This document shows, piece after piece, positions 1 to 9,483 of a stretch of DNA of 36,070 bases. Position numbers and translations under genes: made by a program. The notes under the pieces were generated by a model, which did no database searches, was not told where the DNA came from, and saw only the letters and a program-made list of their open reading frames with translations. Positions within the stretch are counted from its first letter, which is position 1, and each line of letters begins with the position of its first letter. The stretch comes from a candidate division WWE3 bacterium (GTDB taxonomy: Bacteria; Patescibacteriota; WWE3; UBA101185; UBA10185): assembly GCA_020427865.1 (NCBI GenBank), contig JAGQNX010000008.1, positions 1 through 36,070 of the forward strand, read 5' to 3'.

Positions 1-2
1 CC

Positions 3-509
3 CAACTAGCCTTAAAAGCGTCAGGGGAGTTAGATAAAGAACTTCTTCTTGCAGATGTGTTAGGAAATCCTCTAGATCAAACAGGGCAAACTATCATAGT
101 AAATAAAGGTTTCAGCCATGGTGTAACGGAAGGAAGCAATGTTGTATTAAAGAATAATCTTGTAGGTGTCGTTACATCTGTTTCTCGTGGGCGTAGTGTT
201 GTTAGTCTAGTGACGTCTCCTAATACACGAAGTACTGTTGTGGATATAGATTCTCCGGATCGTCTAGAAGGTGTGGCACGTGGTGATTTTGGTATTTCTA
301 TAATAATGTCGCAAATTTTGCCAAATGAACTAATTTCTGTAAATGATCTTATTGTCACTTCTGGGAAAGACGGTCTATTTGAACCAAATCTTATATTAGG
401 TAAAGTCGTAGAAATACAGGGTACTGAGTCTGATCCCATACGCAGTGCTGTAATAAAGTCTGAATTAGATTTAAAAAGATTAGAGAAAGTTTTCATAATC
501 ATACTTTAA
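3..509 (+). CDS. mreC: Rod shape-determining protein MreC, C-terminal part (5' end outside the window)
   Basis: The reading frame is open from nt 3 back to the window edge, so the Met at 57 is internal. It has the beta-rich MreC-type C-terminal domain (..VGVVTSVS..SVVSLVTS..DLIVTSGKDGLFEPNLILGKV..). It is followed at a 1-nt gap by an mreD-like gene and then PBP2, the classic mreCD-mrdA synteny. Confidence 0.8.
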   Translation, partial: QLALKASGELDKELLLADVLGNPLDQTGQTIIVNKGFSHGVTEGSNVVLKNNLVGVVTSVSRGRSVVSLVTSPNTRSTVVDIDSPDRLEGVARGDFGISIIMSQILPNELISVNDLIVTSGKDGLFEPNLILGKVVEIQGTESDPIRSAVIKSELDLKRLEKVFIIIL

Positions 510-510
510 T

Positions 511-987
511 ATGAGTACTAGACATCTAACATTTATTATATTAATAAACTTTGCATTAGCATTTATACAGACTTCTTTTTTATATGCTTTATCTCCTGCT
601 GTTTATATTCCTAATTTAGTTTTAGCCTTTGGCTACGCTTTTTTAGTTGATAAAAAGCTAGAATTAGGTGCAGGCTCCCTTTTTATTGGTGGTATACTTG
701 TTGATCTGTTTGGACTAGGTATAATAGGCTTAACTCCTTTGATATTTTTAACGTTTTTTATGATTATAAGATTCTTAGATGCCTATGCATTCAAAAGTTG
801 GGCGACTTATATATTGGGCCTAATCCTTACCCACCTCGGTTATTTTTTGTTACTTACGTTTAGTTTTAATTATTTTAGTTTTAACCTACTTATAGGTACA
901 TCAAACACTCTCATTTTATGTTTGTCATTTGTATATATAAATCAGCAATATGGGTTTTTTACCCAGCATAAAGGTTTTAATTCCTAG
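511..987 (+). CDS. mreD: Rod shape-determining protein MreD-like small polytopic membrane protein
   Basis: 158-aa, very hydrophobic, multi-TM protein immediately downstream of mreC and upstream of PBP2. The call rests mainly on position and size. Confidence 0.6.
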   Translation: MSTRHLTFIILINFALAFIQTSFLYALSPAVYIPNLVLAFGYAFLVDKKLELGAGSLFIGGILVDLFGLGIIGLTPLIFLTFFMIIRFLDAYAFKSWATYILGLILTHLGYFLLLTFSFNYFSFNLLIGTSNTLILCLSFVYINQQYGFFTQHKGFNS

Positions 988-999
988 TGTGATACTGTT

Positions 1000-2979
1000 A
1001 TGTACTCTAACTTTCTAGACGAATTACGTAAAGTTAATCCCAAGAAATATAGACGGTCCCATTTTAGGGGACGTAGCGTGAATATATTAGGTAAATTGCC
1101 CATGTTTGATTCTAAAGATGCTAGTTTTATATTAGATTTTAGTTATAAGTTACGTACCCTATTAGTTTTTTCGGCTATCGTAGTTATTGTTACACTTACT
1201 TTTTTTGCACGTCTTTTTAGTTTACAAATTGTCGCAGGCGACGAATATTCCGATGCTTCTAGAGATAACCGAATTAGAGTGGTTAGTACCCCAGCAGAAA
1301 GAGGTGTGATTTACGACAAAAATGGTGATGTAATAGCGCGCAATCGTCCTGCTTTTAGAGTTGAACTCAATACAAAACTTTGTTCTACTGATAGTTCTGA
1401 TTCAAAAAGTTGTATAGCACAACTTGATTCTGTGGGGAGTTTTATAAATATAAATAAGGCAGATCTAATTAAAAAGATAGAAGATGGTGCCTCTCTAATA
1501 GTTTTAGTTGACGGTTTAAAAAAAGAAGATATTTTAGCTCTTGAAGCTAATATAACCAAAACTCCTGCAGTTCATGTAGCAATTTCTCCTAAGCGTGATT
1601 ACACAAGTGCTGAGGCTTTTTCACATTTAATTGGTTATGTTGGGTTAGGTGAAACACTTTATCCAACTATAGTAGGAAAATCTGGTATTGAGTTGAGCTA
1701 CAACGACATCTTAACGGGTATAGATGGAAAACAAATAGTGCAAGTTAATTCTGTAGGGGATTACTTTGACATATTAGCCGAACAAGATCCAGTACCCGGT
1801 AAAGATATTAAGCTTTTTGTGGATTCTGGGTTACAGGTCCTTGCCTATGAGTTGCTAAAACGTGAAGTTACTTCCGGTATAGCTCGGGCAGGCGCAGTGG
1901 TGGCACAAGATCCTAGAACCGGTGGTATATTGGCCTTAGTTAGTTACCCTGGATATGATTCTAATAAACTGGTTAGTGGGGTTACCTCTCAAGAGTATTC
2001 ATCTATATTAAACGCCTCTGGATATCCGTTTTATAACCGTGCGTTATCCGCCAGTTATCCCCCCGGATCAACATTTAAGATGATCACAGCTAGTGCATTA
2101 CTTGAAGAAAAGACAATTGATCCCCAGCGGACTATATTTGATCCCGGTTATATACAAGTAGGACCCTACATATATAGAAACTGGAAGCTAGATGGGCATG
2201 GAAATGTGGATTTATTACGTGCAATACAAGTTAGTAATGATACTTATTTTTATACAGTTACGGGTGGACATGGTGATATTGGTGGTTTGGGTATTACGCG
2301 TCTTGCTAAGTGGGCAAAGCTATTTGGTTTTGGTTCTCCCACAGGTGTGGATTTACCAGGTGAAGTATCAGGCTTTATGCCCGATGGTACGGGTAAGGAA
2401 TGGTATTTAGGAGATACCTTTATTTCTGCAATAGGGCAGGGGGATATTTTAGCTACACCCCTTCAGGTAAATAACGTTAATAATTATTTTGCGAGTGGTG
2501 GTATTTTATTTAAGCCAAGGGTTGTAGATACAATTTTAGGTAGTAGAATTCTTGGGTTAGAAGAGGATTCTATTAAAACTAGAAATATTATATCAACTGA
2601 TACCTATAATATAGTGAAAACTGGGTTAAAGATGGCATCTAGTATTGGCGGCACTGCTTATGCGGTGCAGGATTTTTCTAGTACACATATTGGTATTGAA
2701 GTTTCTGGAAAAACAGGTACATCTGAGTATATAGATTCTGATGGTAGTTTAAAAACTCATGCTTGGTATACAAGTTATGCACCCTACGATAATCCTACAA
2801 TTACTCTTACCGTGTTTTTAGAAGGTGGTGGTGGTGGTTCTACTGTCGCTGTACCGATAGCTCGCGAACTATACAATTATTGGTTTAGTGATTTGTCCAC
2901 ACAGCCTTATAAAGATCCTCTTAAGGAATCGGACAACACAATACCCCTAATTACTGAAGTATCTAGTATTGATAGATAA
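1000..2979 (+). CDS. mrdA: Penicillin-binding protein 2 (elongasome class B transpeptidase)
   Basis: N-terminal TM anchor and a PBP dimerisation region. Transpeptidase motifs are present: SxxK (PGSTFKMIT), SxN (VSNDTYF) and KTG (GKTGTSE). Confidence 0.9.
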   Translation: MYSNFLDELRKVNPKKYRRSHFRGRSVNILGKLPMFDSKDASFILDFSYKLRTLLVFSAIVVIVTLTFFARLFSLQIVAGDEYSDASRDNRIRVVSTPAERGVIYDKNGDVIARNRPAFRVELNTKLCSTDSSDSKSCIAQLDSVGSFININKADLIKKIEDGASLIVLVDGLKKEDILALEANITKTPAVHVAISPKRDYTSAEAFSHLIGYVGLGETLYPTIVGKSGIELSYNDILTGIDGKQIVQVNSVGDYFDILAEQDPVPGKDIKLFVDSGLQVLAYELLKREVTSGIARAGAVVAQDPRTGGILALVSYPGYDSNKLVSGVTSQEYSSILNASGYPFYNRALSASYPPGSTFKMITASALLEEKTIDPQRTIFDPGYIQVGPYIYRNWKLDGHGNVDLLRAIQVSNDTYFYTVTGGHGDIGGLGITRLAKWAKLFGFGSPTGVDLPGEVSGFMPDGTGKEWYLGDTFISAIGQGDILATPLQVNNVNNYFASGGILFKPRVVDTILGSRILGLEEDSIKTRNIISTDTYNIVKTGLKMASSIGGTAYAVQDFSSTHIGIEVSGKTGTSEYIDSDGSLKTHAWYTSYAPYDNPTITLTVFLEGGGGGSTVAVPIARELYNYWFSDLSTQPYKDPLKESDNTIPLITEVSSIDR

Positions 2980-3008
2980 TAGGTTGTTAACATTAATGCT
3001 TTACGATG

Positions 3009-3014
3009 TATATT
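3009..3014 (+). promoter_or_regulatory. Candidate -10 box TATATT placed 7 nt before the dprA ATG (possible leaderless start)
   Basis: TATATT at 3009-3014, then 7 nt (aggcaga), then ATG at 3022. No Shine-Dalgarno sequence in between. Confidence 0.3.
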
Positions 3015-3021
3015 AGGCAGA

Positions 3022-3684
3022 ATGTTAGGCAATATAACTACGCTATATCCGAACTCCAAACAATATCCTCCTTTATTATCGTCTTTGCAATCTCCTCCTA
3101 TGCTTAGTGTTTTAGGTAATATAGATGCTTTGTATAAGCCCACTATTGCTATCATTGGTAGTAGAAAAATGTCTACATATGGTTCTATGGTAACGAAACG
3201 TTTATGTAAAACTCTTGCAGGGCTAAATTGTGCTACAGTAGCAGGTTTAGCCGTGGGTATAGATTTAGAAGCACATATTACAAGTGCAACTTTGCAGATT
3301 CCAACAATAGCTGTACTTGGATATGGTTTAGGATATTTACCTAAGATGCATCAGTATAAACATATTAAGAGCATCTTAGCTTCCGGTGGTTGTGTAGTTT
3401 CTACCTATACGTTTGCTAGCAAACCTGAAAAGTATAAGTTTGTTGAACGAAATCAAGTAATAGCAGGTTTGTCTTGTGCTTTGGTTGTAGTGGAAGCGGC
3501 TATTCATAGTGGTACTAATCATACTGTTAACTTTATGCTTAGTCTTGGCAGGTCTGTTTATGCAGTGCCTGGGAGTATATTTTCTGCTACATCTCGCGGT
3601 ACAAACTCTATGATTTATGATGGCGCTACTCCATTGAAAGATATAAGTGAATTGAGAATTAATTTTGAAAATCACACGCTCTAA
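3022..3684 (+). CDS. dprA: DNA processing protein DprA (Smf), minimal Rossmann-fold-only form
   Basis: Signature IIGSRKMSTYG plus ..AVPGSIFSATSRGTNSMIYDGA... At 220 aa it has no room for the extra N- or C-terminal domains of longer DprA proteins. Confidence 0.85.
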   Translation: MLGNITTLYPNSKQYPPLLSSLQSPPMLSVLGNIDALYKPTIAIIGSRKMSTYGSMVTKRLCKTLAGLNCATVAGLAVGIDLEAHITSATLQIPTIAVLGYGLGYLPKMHQYKHIKSILASGGCVVSTYTFASKPEKYKFVERNQVIAGLSCALVVVEAAIHSGTNHTVNFMLSLGRSVYAVPGSIFSATSRGTNSMIYDGATPLKDISELRINFENHTL

Positions 3685-3699
3685 GGTATCCTTAGATTT

Positions 3700-5868
3700 A
3701 TGAGTGAACAAAAGCTTGTTATAGTAGAGTCTCCCACTAAGGCTAAGACTCTTTCAAAAATATTAGGAAAACAATATGTTGTTAAAGCTTCTATGGGTCA
3801 TATACGAGATCTGCCAAAAAGCGGCCTTGCTATAGATGTAGAAAATAATTTTGAGCCCCAATACGAAGTAAGCACTAAAGGTAAAAAAATCATATCCGAA
3901 TTAAATACCTTATCTAAGGATATAAACGATATTATCCTAGCTACAGACCCTGATAGAGAAGGTGAGGCTATTGCATGGCATTTAAGTGAATTATTAAAGG
4001 CAAAAAAACGTGCCAAGGGTGCAGTCCCGTTAAAGTTTTCTCGTGTAGTTTTTCATGAAATTACAAAATCTGCAATTGAAGAAGCTTTTGTGCATGCTAC
4101 TGCTTTGAATACTAACTTAGTGGATGCACAGCAAGCTCGACGCGTGTTGGATAGGTTAGTAGGTTATAAATTATCGCCTTTGCTATGGAAGAAAGTGCGT
4201 TATGGTTTGTCTGCTGGTCGTGTTCAAAGTATTGCAGTGAGACTTATTGTAGAAAAAGAACGCGAACGCCAAGCTTTTAATTCCGAGGAGTATTGGAGTG
4301 TTGACGCTGAATTTGAAAACAGTGCTCAGATAAAGATAACTGCTTCTTTGATTGAAAAAGATGGCAAGAAATTAGAGCTCCCTGATGAAGCTGCCGTAAA
4401 AAAAGTTGAATCAGATCTCTTAGGTGCTACATTTAAGGTAGATGCTGTAAAGCGTACTGATAGAAAAAGAAAGCCCCCTGTTCCCTTTAAAACATCAACT
4501 TTACAACAAGCCGCTGCTAATTATTATGGATTTACTGCTAAAAAGACTATGTCAGCTGCACAAAAATTGTTTGAAAAAGGATTAATTACATATCACAGAA
4601 CAGACTCTTTAGATTTGTCTGCACAATTTTTGCAGGAAGCCCAAACATTTATTAAAAAAACATGGGGGGTAGAGAATTTACCTAAGAGTCCTAATATTTA
4701 CAAAACGAACTCAAAAGGTGCCCAAGAAGCTCATGAAGCTATACGTCCCACTAACTTAGATAATGCGGTAGAAATTATACATTCGGGTTCTCTTCCTAAG
4801 GAAGAACACCAGATATACTCTTTAATCGTTAAAAGGTCTCTAGAATGTCAAATGTTGCCTGCAGTTTACGATCAAACAACTATTAATATCATGTCTTCCA
4901 ATGCTTATGGATTTAGGGCAACAGGCTCTATTATAAAGTTTGCAGGATGGCTTAATGTTACTTCTTATTTAAAAATGTCTAGTGATAAAGAAGATTTGGA
5001 TGTATTACCTGCCTTAACTGAAAACGAGCTTCTCTCTATGTCAACATTTGTGCCGGAACAACATTTTACCCAACCTCCTGCTAGATACTCTGATGCAAGT
5101 ATAATTAAACATTTGGAAGAATTGGGTATTGGTAGACCTTCTACATATGCACCTACATTAACTACTATAGTGTCCAGAGGTTATGTGGAAAAAGAGGGTA
5201 GGTATTTTGTTCCAAAAGACGTCGCATATGTTGTTAATGACCTTTTGGTAAGTCACTTCCCAGATGTTGTAGATTATAATTTCACTGCTGTTATGGAAGA
5301 AGACTTAGATAAAGTTGCTGCAGGTAAGGTAGAGTGGGTTCCTTTAATTTCTAGGTTTTACACACCTTTTGCACAAACTCTAGCTTTGAAGGACAAAGAA
5401 TTACAAAAGCAGGATATGACTAAATTAGGAGAATCAGATGAAAAATGTCCAGATTGTGGAAAAATTTTGTATATTAAGCTAGGAAAATATGGGAAGTTTT
5501 TAAGTTGCTCCGGTTTTCCAGATTGCGAATACGCTAAACCTTTGAACGACGAAATACCTACAAACGAGAATGGAGAACAAATAACAGATTTTGGTAAATG
5601 TGATAAATGTGAACAGGGTATGTTTTTATTAAAACAAGGTAGATTTGGGAAATTCTTAGCTTGTAATAATTACCCAAAATGTAAAAACACAAAGCAGTAT
5701 CTAGATAAAATAGGTATGAATTGCCCAGAATGTAAAACAGGGGATATTGTAGTTAAAAAGGCCAAAAGGGGAGTCTTTTATGGCTGTAGTAATTATCCTA
5801 CATGTAATTATGCCTCTTGGAAAAATCCTAAACTAGACTCCGCAGATCCTGTGCAATCAGCTGAATAG
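3700..5868 (+). CDS. topA: DNA topoisomerase I
   Basis: Toprim N-terminus (LVIVESPTKAKT, DPDREGEAIAWH) and active-site Tyr context ITYHRTDS. There are three C-terminal CxxC..CxxC zinc ribbons (CPDCGK..CSGFPDC, CDKCEQ..CNNYPKC, CPECKT..CSNYPTC). Confidence 0.95.
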   Translation: MSEQKLVIVESPTKAKTLSKILGKQYVVKASMGHIRDLPKSGLAIDVENNFEPQYEVSTKGKKIISELNTLSKDINDIILATDPDREGEAIAWHLSELLKAKKRAKGAVPLKFSRVVFHEITKSAIEEAFVHATALNTNLVDAQQARRVLDRLVGYKLSPLLWKKVRYGLSAGRVQSIAVRLIVEKERERQAFNSEEYWSVDAEFENSAQIKITASLIEKDGKKLELPDEAAVKKVESDLLGATFKVDAVKRTDRKRKPPVPFKTSTLQQAAANYYGFTAKKTMSAAQKLFEKGLITYHRTDSLDLSAQFLQEAQTFIKKTWGVENLPKSPNIYKTNSKGAQEAHEAIRPTNLDNAVEIIHSGSLPKEEHQIYSLIVKRSLECQMLPAVYDQTTINIMSSNAYGFRATGSIIKFAGWLNVTSYLKMSSDKEDLDVLPALTENELLSMSTFVPEQHFTQPPARYSDASIIKHLEELGIGRPSTYAPTLTTIVSRGYVEKEGRYFVPKDVAYVVNDLLVSHFPDVVDYNFTAVMEEDLDKVAAGKVEWVPLISRFYTPFAQTLALKDKELQKQDMTKLGESDEKCPDCGKILYIKLGKYGKFLSCSGFPDCEYAKPLNDEIPTNENGEQITDFGKCDKCEQGMFLLKQGRFGKFLACNNYPKCKNTKQYLDKIGMNCPECKTGDIVVKKAKRGVFYGCSNYPTCNYASWKNPKLDSADPVQSAE

Positions 5869-6067
5869 GGCGCATTTATATTTATAGAACCTTGATTACC
5901 AAAGATTTATTTGGTAACCTGCAGCTACTTAAGCTTTCCTGGTGCACTTGCACCCATTAAGTTGAGACATTTTCTTTAATTAATAAATGTCAAAAGATAA
6001 AAGGAATACATTACTCTCTTAATGTGTATTTCCCTTTATATTAGTTATATTTTTGAAAGGAATTTTT

Positions 6068-6970
6068 GTGTCTACAAAAGTAGAATTTAAAACACCTACT
6101 ACTGCTGAAATGCTAGAGTCTGGTGTACATATTGGGCATCAGGCCCGACATTGGAATCCTGCAATGGAAAAATACATTTTTGCAGTGAAAAGTGGTAAAC
6201 ATATTATAGATTTAGGTAGTACTGAAACAAATTTAGCAAAAGCACTTCAAGCGTTATTCGATATAAGCTCTACAGGTGGCAAAGTGATTTTTGTTAGTAC
6301 AAAGAAGCAAGCTATCGAAGTAATAGAAACAGAGGCCCAAAGATGTGGTGCTTTGTATGTTACTGAAAGATGGTTAGGTGGAACCCTTACAAATCTTCCT
6401 GTTATAAAAAGAAATATAAAAAAGCTTTTAGATTATAAATCTTCTAGAGAAAAAGGTGAATTTGGCAAATATACAAAAAAAGAACGTTTAATGTTAGATA
6501 GAGAAATCGAAAAACTTGAGCGTAATTATGGGGGACTTACTGGATTAAATGCAGTACCCACGGCTTTATTTGTAATTGATGCCCGTAGAGAAAAGACCGC
6601 AATTAAAGAGGCAAATAAAATGAAAGTTCCTGTATTTGCCTTAGTAGATACAAACACTGCTCCAGAGGGCGTTTCCTATGTTATCCCAGGTAATGATGAT
6701 GGGTTACGTTCGATTTCGTTAATAGTTAAGTCTGTTGCCGATGCTTTAGAGTCTGGATATGCAGTATATGCTAAGAAGCTTGCAGAAAAGGGACTAGTTG
6801 AAACCCCCGTTGTAGTGACTGACTCCGTAGATACGCCTGTTGTTGTTTCTGCGTCAGAATCCCCAGCATCTACACAAAAAGCTGGCAAAAAAGCGATAAA
6901 GGCTTACGAAAATAAAGATACCGAAGTTGATGAAGCTTCTAAAAAAGCTAAAACTTCTAGCAATAAGTAA
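6068..6970 (+). CDS. rpsB: 30S ribosomal protein S2 with a C-terminal low-complexity extension
   Basis: MLESGVHIGHQARHWNP signature. I prefer the GTG at 6068, preceded by GAAAGGAA at about 7 nt, over the TTG at 6053 given by the ORF track. The start codon remains uncertain. Confidence 0.88.
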   Translation: MSTKVEFKTPTTAEMLESGVHIGHQARHWNPAMEKYIFAVKSGKHIIDLGSTETNLAKALQALFDISSTGGKVIFVSTKKQAIEVIETEAQRCGALYVTERWLGGTLTNLPVIKRNIKKLLDYKSSREKGEFGKYTKKERLMLDREIEKLERNYGGLTGLNAVPTALFVIDARREKTAIKEANKMKVPVFALVDTNTAPEGVSYVIPGNDDGLRSISLIVKSVADALESGYAVYAKKLAEKGLVETPVVVTDSVDTPVVVSASESPASTQKAGKKAIKAYENKDTEVDEASKKAKTSSNK

Positions 6971-6989
6971 AAAATTTTAAGGAGAATTT

Positions 6990-7445
6990 ATGGGTTTAAA
7001 TGTAGATAACATAAAAAAACTTAGAGAAGAAACCGGTGCTGGTATATTAGAAGTAAAAGAAACTCTTGCAAAGTTTGATGGCGACTATGCTAAAGCTCTT
7101 GAGGATTTGATGTCAAAAGCTTCTGCAAAAGCTGCTAAAAAATCAGACCGCGAAATAAAAGATGGACTTGTGTATTCATATATACACGGTACTGGTAAAG
7201 TGGGTGCTTTAGTACTTATGGGTTGTGAAACAGACTTTGTTGCAAAAACAGATGACTTCACTAATTTATGTAAAGATGTTGCTATGCAGGTTTGTACAGG
7301 GGACTATGATAATGTAGAGCAGATTCTTCAAGATCCTTTTATTAAAGATAGTAGTAAAACTGTTCAGAGCTTAATTAATGATGTTGTAGCTAAACTAGGT
7401 GAAAACATTACACTACTTGAGTTCAAAAAGCTATCTGTAAACTAA
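6990..7445 (+). CDS. tsf: Elongation factor Ts, short form (151 aa)
   Basis: UBA-like N-terminus IKKLREETGAGILEVKETL and core motif CETDFVAKTDDF. AGGAG lies 5 nt upstream of the ATG. The gene follows rpsB as usual. Confidence 0.85.
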   Translation: MGLNVDNIKKLREETGAGILEVKETLAKFDGDYAKALEDLMSKASAKAAKKSDREIKDGLVYSYIHGTGKVGALVLMGCETDFVAKTDDFTNLCKDVAMQVCTGDYDNVEQILQDPFIKDSSKTVQSLINDVVAKLGENITLLEFKKLSVN

Positions 7446-7454
7446 CCAAAATAT

Positions 7455-7480
7455 CCCCAGCTTAGCTGGGGTATTTTTGT
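7455..7480 (+). terminator. Intrinsic terminator after tsf
   Basis: CCCCAGC (7455-7461), loop TTA, GCTGGGG (7465-7471), followed by TATTTTTGT. It starts 10 nt after the tsf stop codon. Confidence 0.8.
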
Positions 7481-7486
7481 TATAAT
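7478..7486 (+). promoter_or_regulatory. Extended -10 promoter TGTTATAAT exactly 6 nt upstream of the frr ATG (leaderless candidate)
   Basis: TG at 7478-7479, TATAAT at 7481-7486, spacer ttcaac, ATG at 7493. No SD sequence. It overlaps the U-tract of the tsf terminator. Confidence 0.5.
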
Positions 7487-7492
7487 TTCAAC

Positions 7493-8044
7493 ATGAATGA
7501 AAAAGAGTTAAAAACAAAACTTGATGCGGTTGTTAGTTTTTTTAGAAATGAAATCAGTCAGATACGCACGGGCAGAGCAACCCCTGCACTTTTTGAAAAC
7601 ATTATAGTCCCTGCATATGGTTCTAACATGACTTTAAAAGAGCTTGCTACTATTGCAATCCCAGATTCTCAAACCGTAACCATTTCGCCTTGGGACAAGA
7701 GTTTGCTTACCCCAATATCAAATGCAATAATAAAATCAGAACTACAATTAAATCCTTCTGTAGGAGAAGACACTATTAGACTATTAATACCTGCATTAAC
7801 CGAAGAACGTCGTATAGAGTTCACCAAACTTGTTGGTCACAAAGAAAATAATGCCAAACAATCCATTAGAAATATTCGCCAAGACACACTTAAATTAGTT
7901 GATAAGGCCTATACAAATAAAGAGATAGGTGAAGACGAAAAGTTTACTCATAAAGATTCTATTGAAGTCATTATTAAAGATTATATTTCTCAAATTGATG
8001 CTATTGCAGATACTAAAAAAACAGATCTGCTTAATATGGCATAA
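7493..8044 (+). CDS. frr: Ribosome recycling factor
   Basis: ISQIRTGRATPALFENI.. and the overall RRF pattern over 183 aa. Confidence 0.9.
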   Translation: MNEKELKTKLDAVVSFFRNEISQIRTGRATPALFENIIVPAYGSNMTLKELATIAIPDSQTVTISPWDKSLLTPISNAIIKSELQLNPSVGEDTIRLLIPALTEERRIEFTKLVGHKENNAKQSIRNIRQDTLKLVDKAYTNKEIGEDEKFTHKDSIEVIIKDYISQIDAIADTKKTDLLNMA

Positions 8045-8049
8045 TTATT

Positions 8050-9168
8050 ATGGTTACTTTTGTTGTTTTTATCTTAATTTTATCCGTCTTAGTAATGATT
8101 CATGAATTTGGTCATTTTTATGCAGCTAAGAAAAGCGGCGTATTTGTAGAAGAGTTTGGCTTTGGTTTACCGCCTAAAATATTTGGAAAAAAATATGGTG
8201 AAACAATCTATTCTTTTAATTTACTTCCTTTTGGTGGGTTTGTAAAATTACTAGGTGAAGAGGATTTGGAATCTTCTAAGGATACTCGTAATTTTATGCA
8301 TAAACATCCCTTACAGCGTGCTTTTATATTGGTTGCAGGCGTGTTGATGAATGTTGCACTTGCTTTGTTTTTATACTATGTTTTCTTTTTTATTAATGGT
8401 TTTAAATCTTTAAATGTCCCTGTGTTTTTTGATTATCAGTTTAAATATGGAAATCCTGTTTATACAAATACAGTTGTAACATCATATGCTCCAGATTCAC
8501 CTGCCGAGTTAGCTGGTATAAAAAGAGGCGAAGCAATAGTCAAAATTAACGATGAGTTTGTTAATTCTGTAGATGATGTTCGCCGTGTAGTCAATGATTC
8601 AAAGGAAACTCTTATAAAGATAACTCTTCAGGATGTTCGTAGTCCCACAGTAAAATCTCGAGATGTTTTGCTTCGACCTATGGAGGAAGATGGTGTTAAG
8701 CTATTAGGTGTTTTGTTAACACCTTCTGTACAACTTGACTATACTAATGGCAAAGTACTGTCCGCACCTAAACATGCCTATAATATGTTGGCATATAGTT
8801 TAACAACATTTAAACGTGTACTTGGTTTTTCTGTAGAAACACGTGATGTGGGTCCTGTTTCAAATAGCGTCTCTGGACCAATAGGTATCTTTTCTGTAGT
8901 AGATAATATTTTAGAATATAAAGGTCGTGCGGCCGTATTAGGGATCATAGATCTCATAGCATTGTTATCTCTTAGTTTGGCTTTACTTAACATTTTGCCT
9001 TTTCCTGCACTAGATGGGGGTCGTTTATTATTTGTACTAATAGAGTTTATCTTAGGTGGCCGTAGAGTACCTTCATATATTGAGGCAAGTTTACACAAGT
9101 GGGGGATGCTTTTTTTACTTTTGTTGATTGTTTTGGTTACTTATAAAGATATTGTTACCTTTTTTTAA
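8050..9168 (+). CDS. rseP: Site-2 (M50) zinc metalloprotease RseP/RasP family with PDZ domain
   Basis: HEFGHF (HExxH) in the first TM segment, a central PDZ-like segment (SPAELAGIKRGEAIVKIND), and LNILPFPALDGG (NxxPxxxLDG). Confidence 0.9.
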   Translation: MVTFVVFILILSVLVMIHEFGHFYAAKKSGVFVEEFGFGLPPKIFGKKYGETIYSFNLLPFGGFVKLLGEEDLESSKDTRNFMHKHPLQRAFILVAGVLMNVALALFLYYVFFFINGFKSLNVPVFFDYQFKYGNPVYTNTVVTSYAPDSPAELAGIKRGEAIVKINDEFVNSVDDVRRVVNDSKETLIKITLQDVRSPTVKSRDVLLRPMEEDGVKLLGVLLTPSVQLDYTNGKVLSAPKHAYNMLAYSLTTFKRVLGFSVETRDVGPVSNSVSGPIGIFSVVDNILEYKGRAAVLGIIDLIALLSLSLALLNILPFPALDGGRLLFVLIEFILGGRRVPSYIEASLHKWGMLFLLLLIVLVTYKDIVTFF

Positions 9169-9178
9169 ACAACCTTAA

Positions 9179-9207
9179 TTGCTAAAATGTACTCTTCAAG
9201 TTATACT
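9179..9207 (+). promoter_or_regulatory. Sigma70-like promoter upstream of rpsU
   Basis: TTGCTA (9179-9184), 17-nt spacer, TATACT (9202-9207). A GGAGG SD follows further downstream, before rpsU. Confidence 0.4.
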
Positions 9208-9277
9208 AGCGTGTAGCACTAGAGGTGCGTAGTTTTTGTATGTTTGATTATATAAGTTTGGAGGTGTTTTAACTACA

Positions 9278-9472
9278 ATGACAATGATAAAAGTCCGAAA
9301 AGGTGAGTCCCTTGAACAAGCACTTAGAAGATTTAACAGTCTTGTGTATAAAGCAGGTGTCTTAACCGATTTTCGTGCAAAAGAACGCCATATTAAAAAA
9401 AGCGAACTAAAAAGAATTAAGAATAAAGAAAAAGCTAGAAAAATTGCTCAGTACAAGCGTCAAAATAGGTAA
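9278..9472 (+). CDS. rpsU: 30S ribosomal protein S21
   Basis: IKVRKGESLEQALRRFNSLV.. and a basic C-terminus over 64 aa. The start could instead be the ATG at 9284. Confidence 0.85.
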   Translation: MTMIKVRKGESLEQALRRFNSLVYKAGVLTDFRAKERHIKKSELKRIKNKEKARKIAQYKRQNR

Positions 9473-9483
9473 GGGTATATTTT

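Noticed and set aside
77-502. Long antisense shadow ORFs opposite real genes (77-502, 1311-1559, 3376-3711, 8778-9098, 18741-19106, 21883-22608, 24506-24859, 31029-31433 and others)
   Set aside because: Each lies entirely inside a confidently identified gene on the other strand. Each has biased S/R/P/L-rich composition typical of antisense frames, and none has a recognisable motif.
5988-6023. Tiny ORF ATG TCA AAA GAT AAA AGG AAT ACA TTA CTC TCT TAA (11 codons) in the rpsB upstream region
   Set aside because: It is too short, has no SD sequence and no conservation evidence. It is more likely part of the promoter or leader region.
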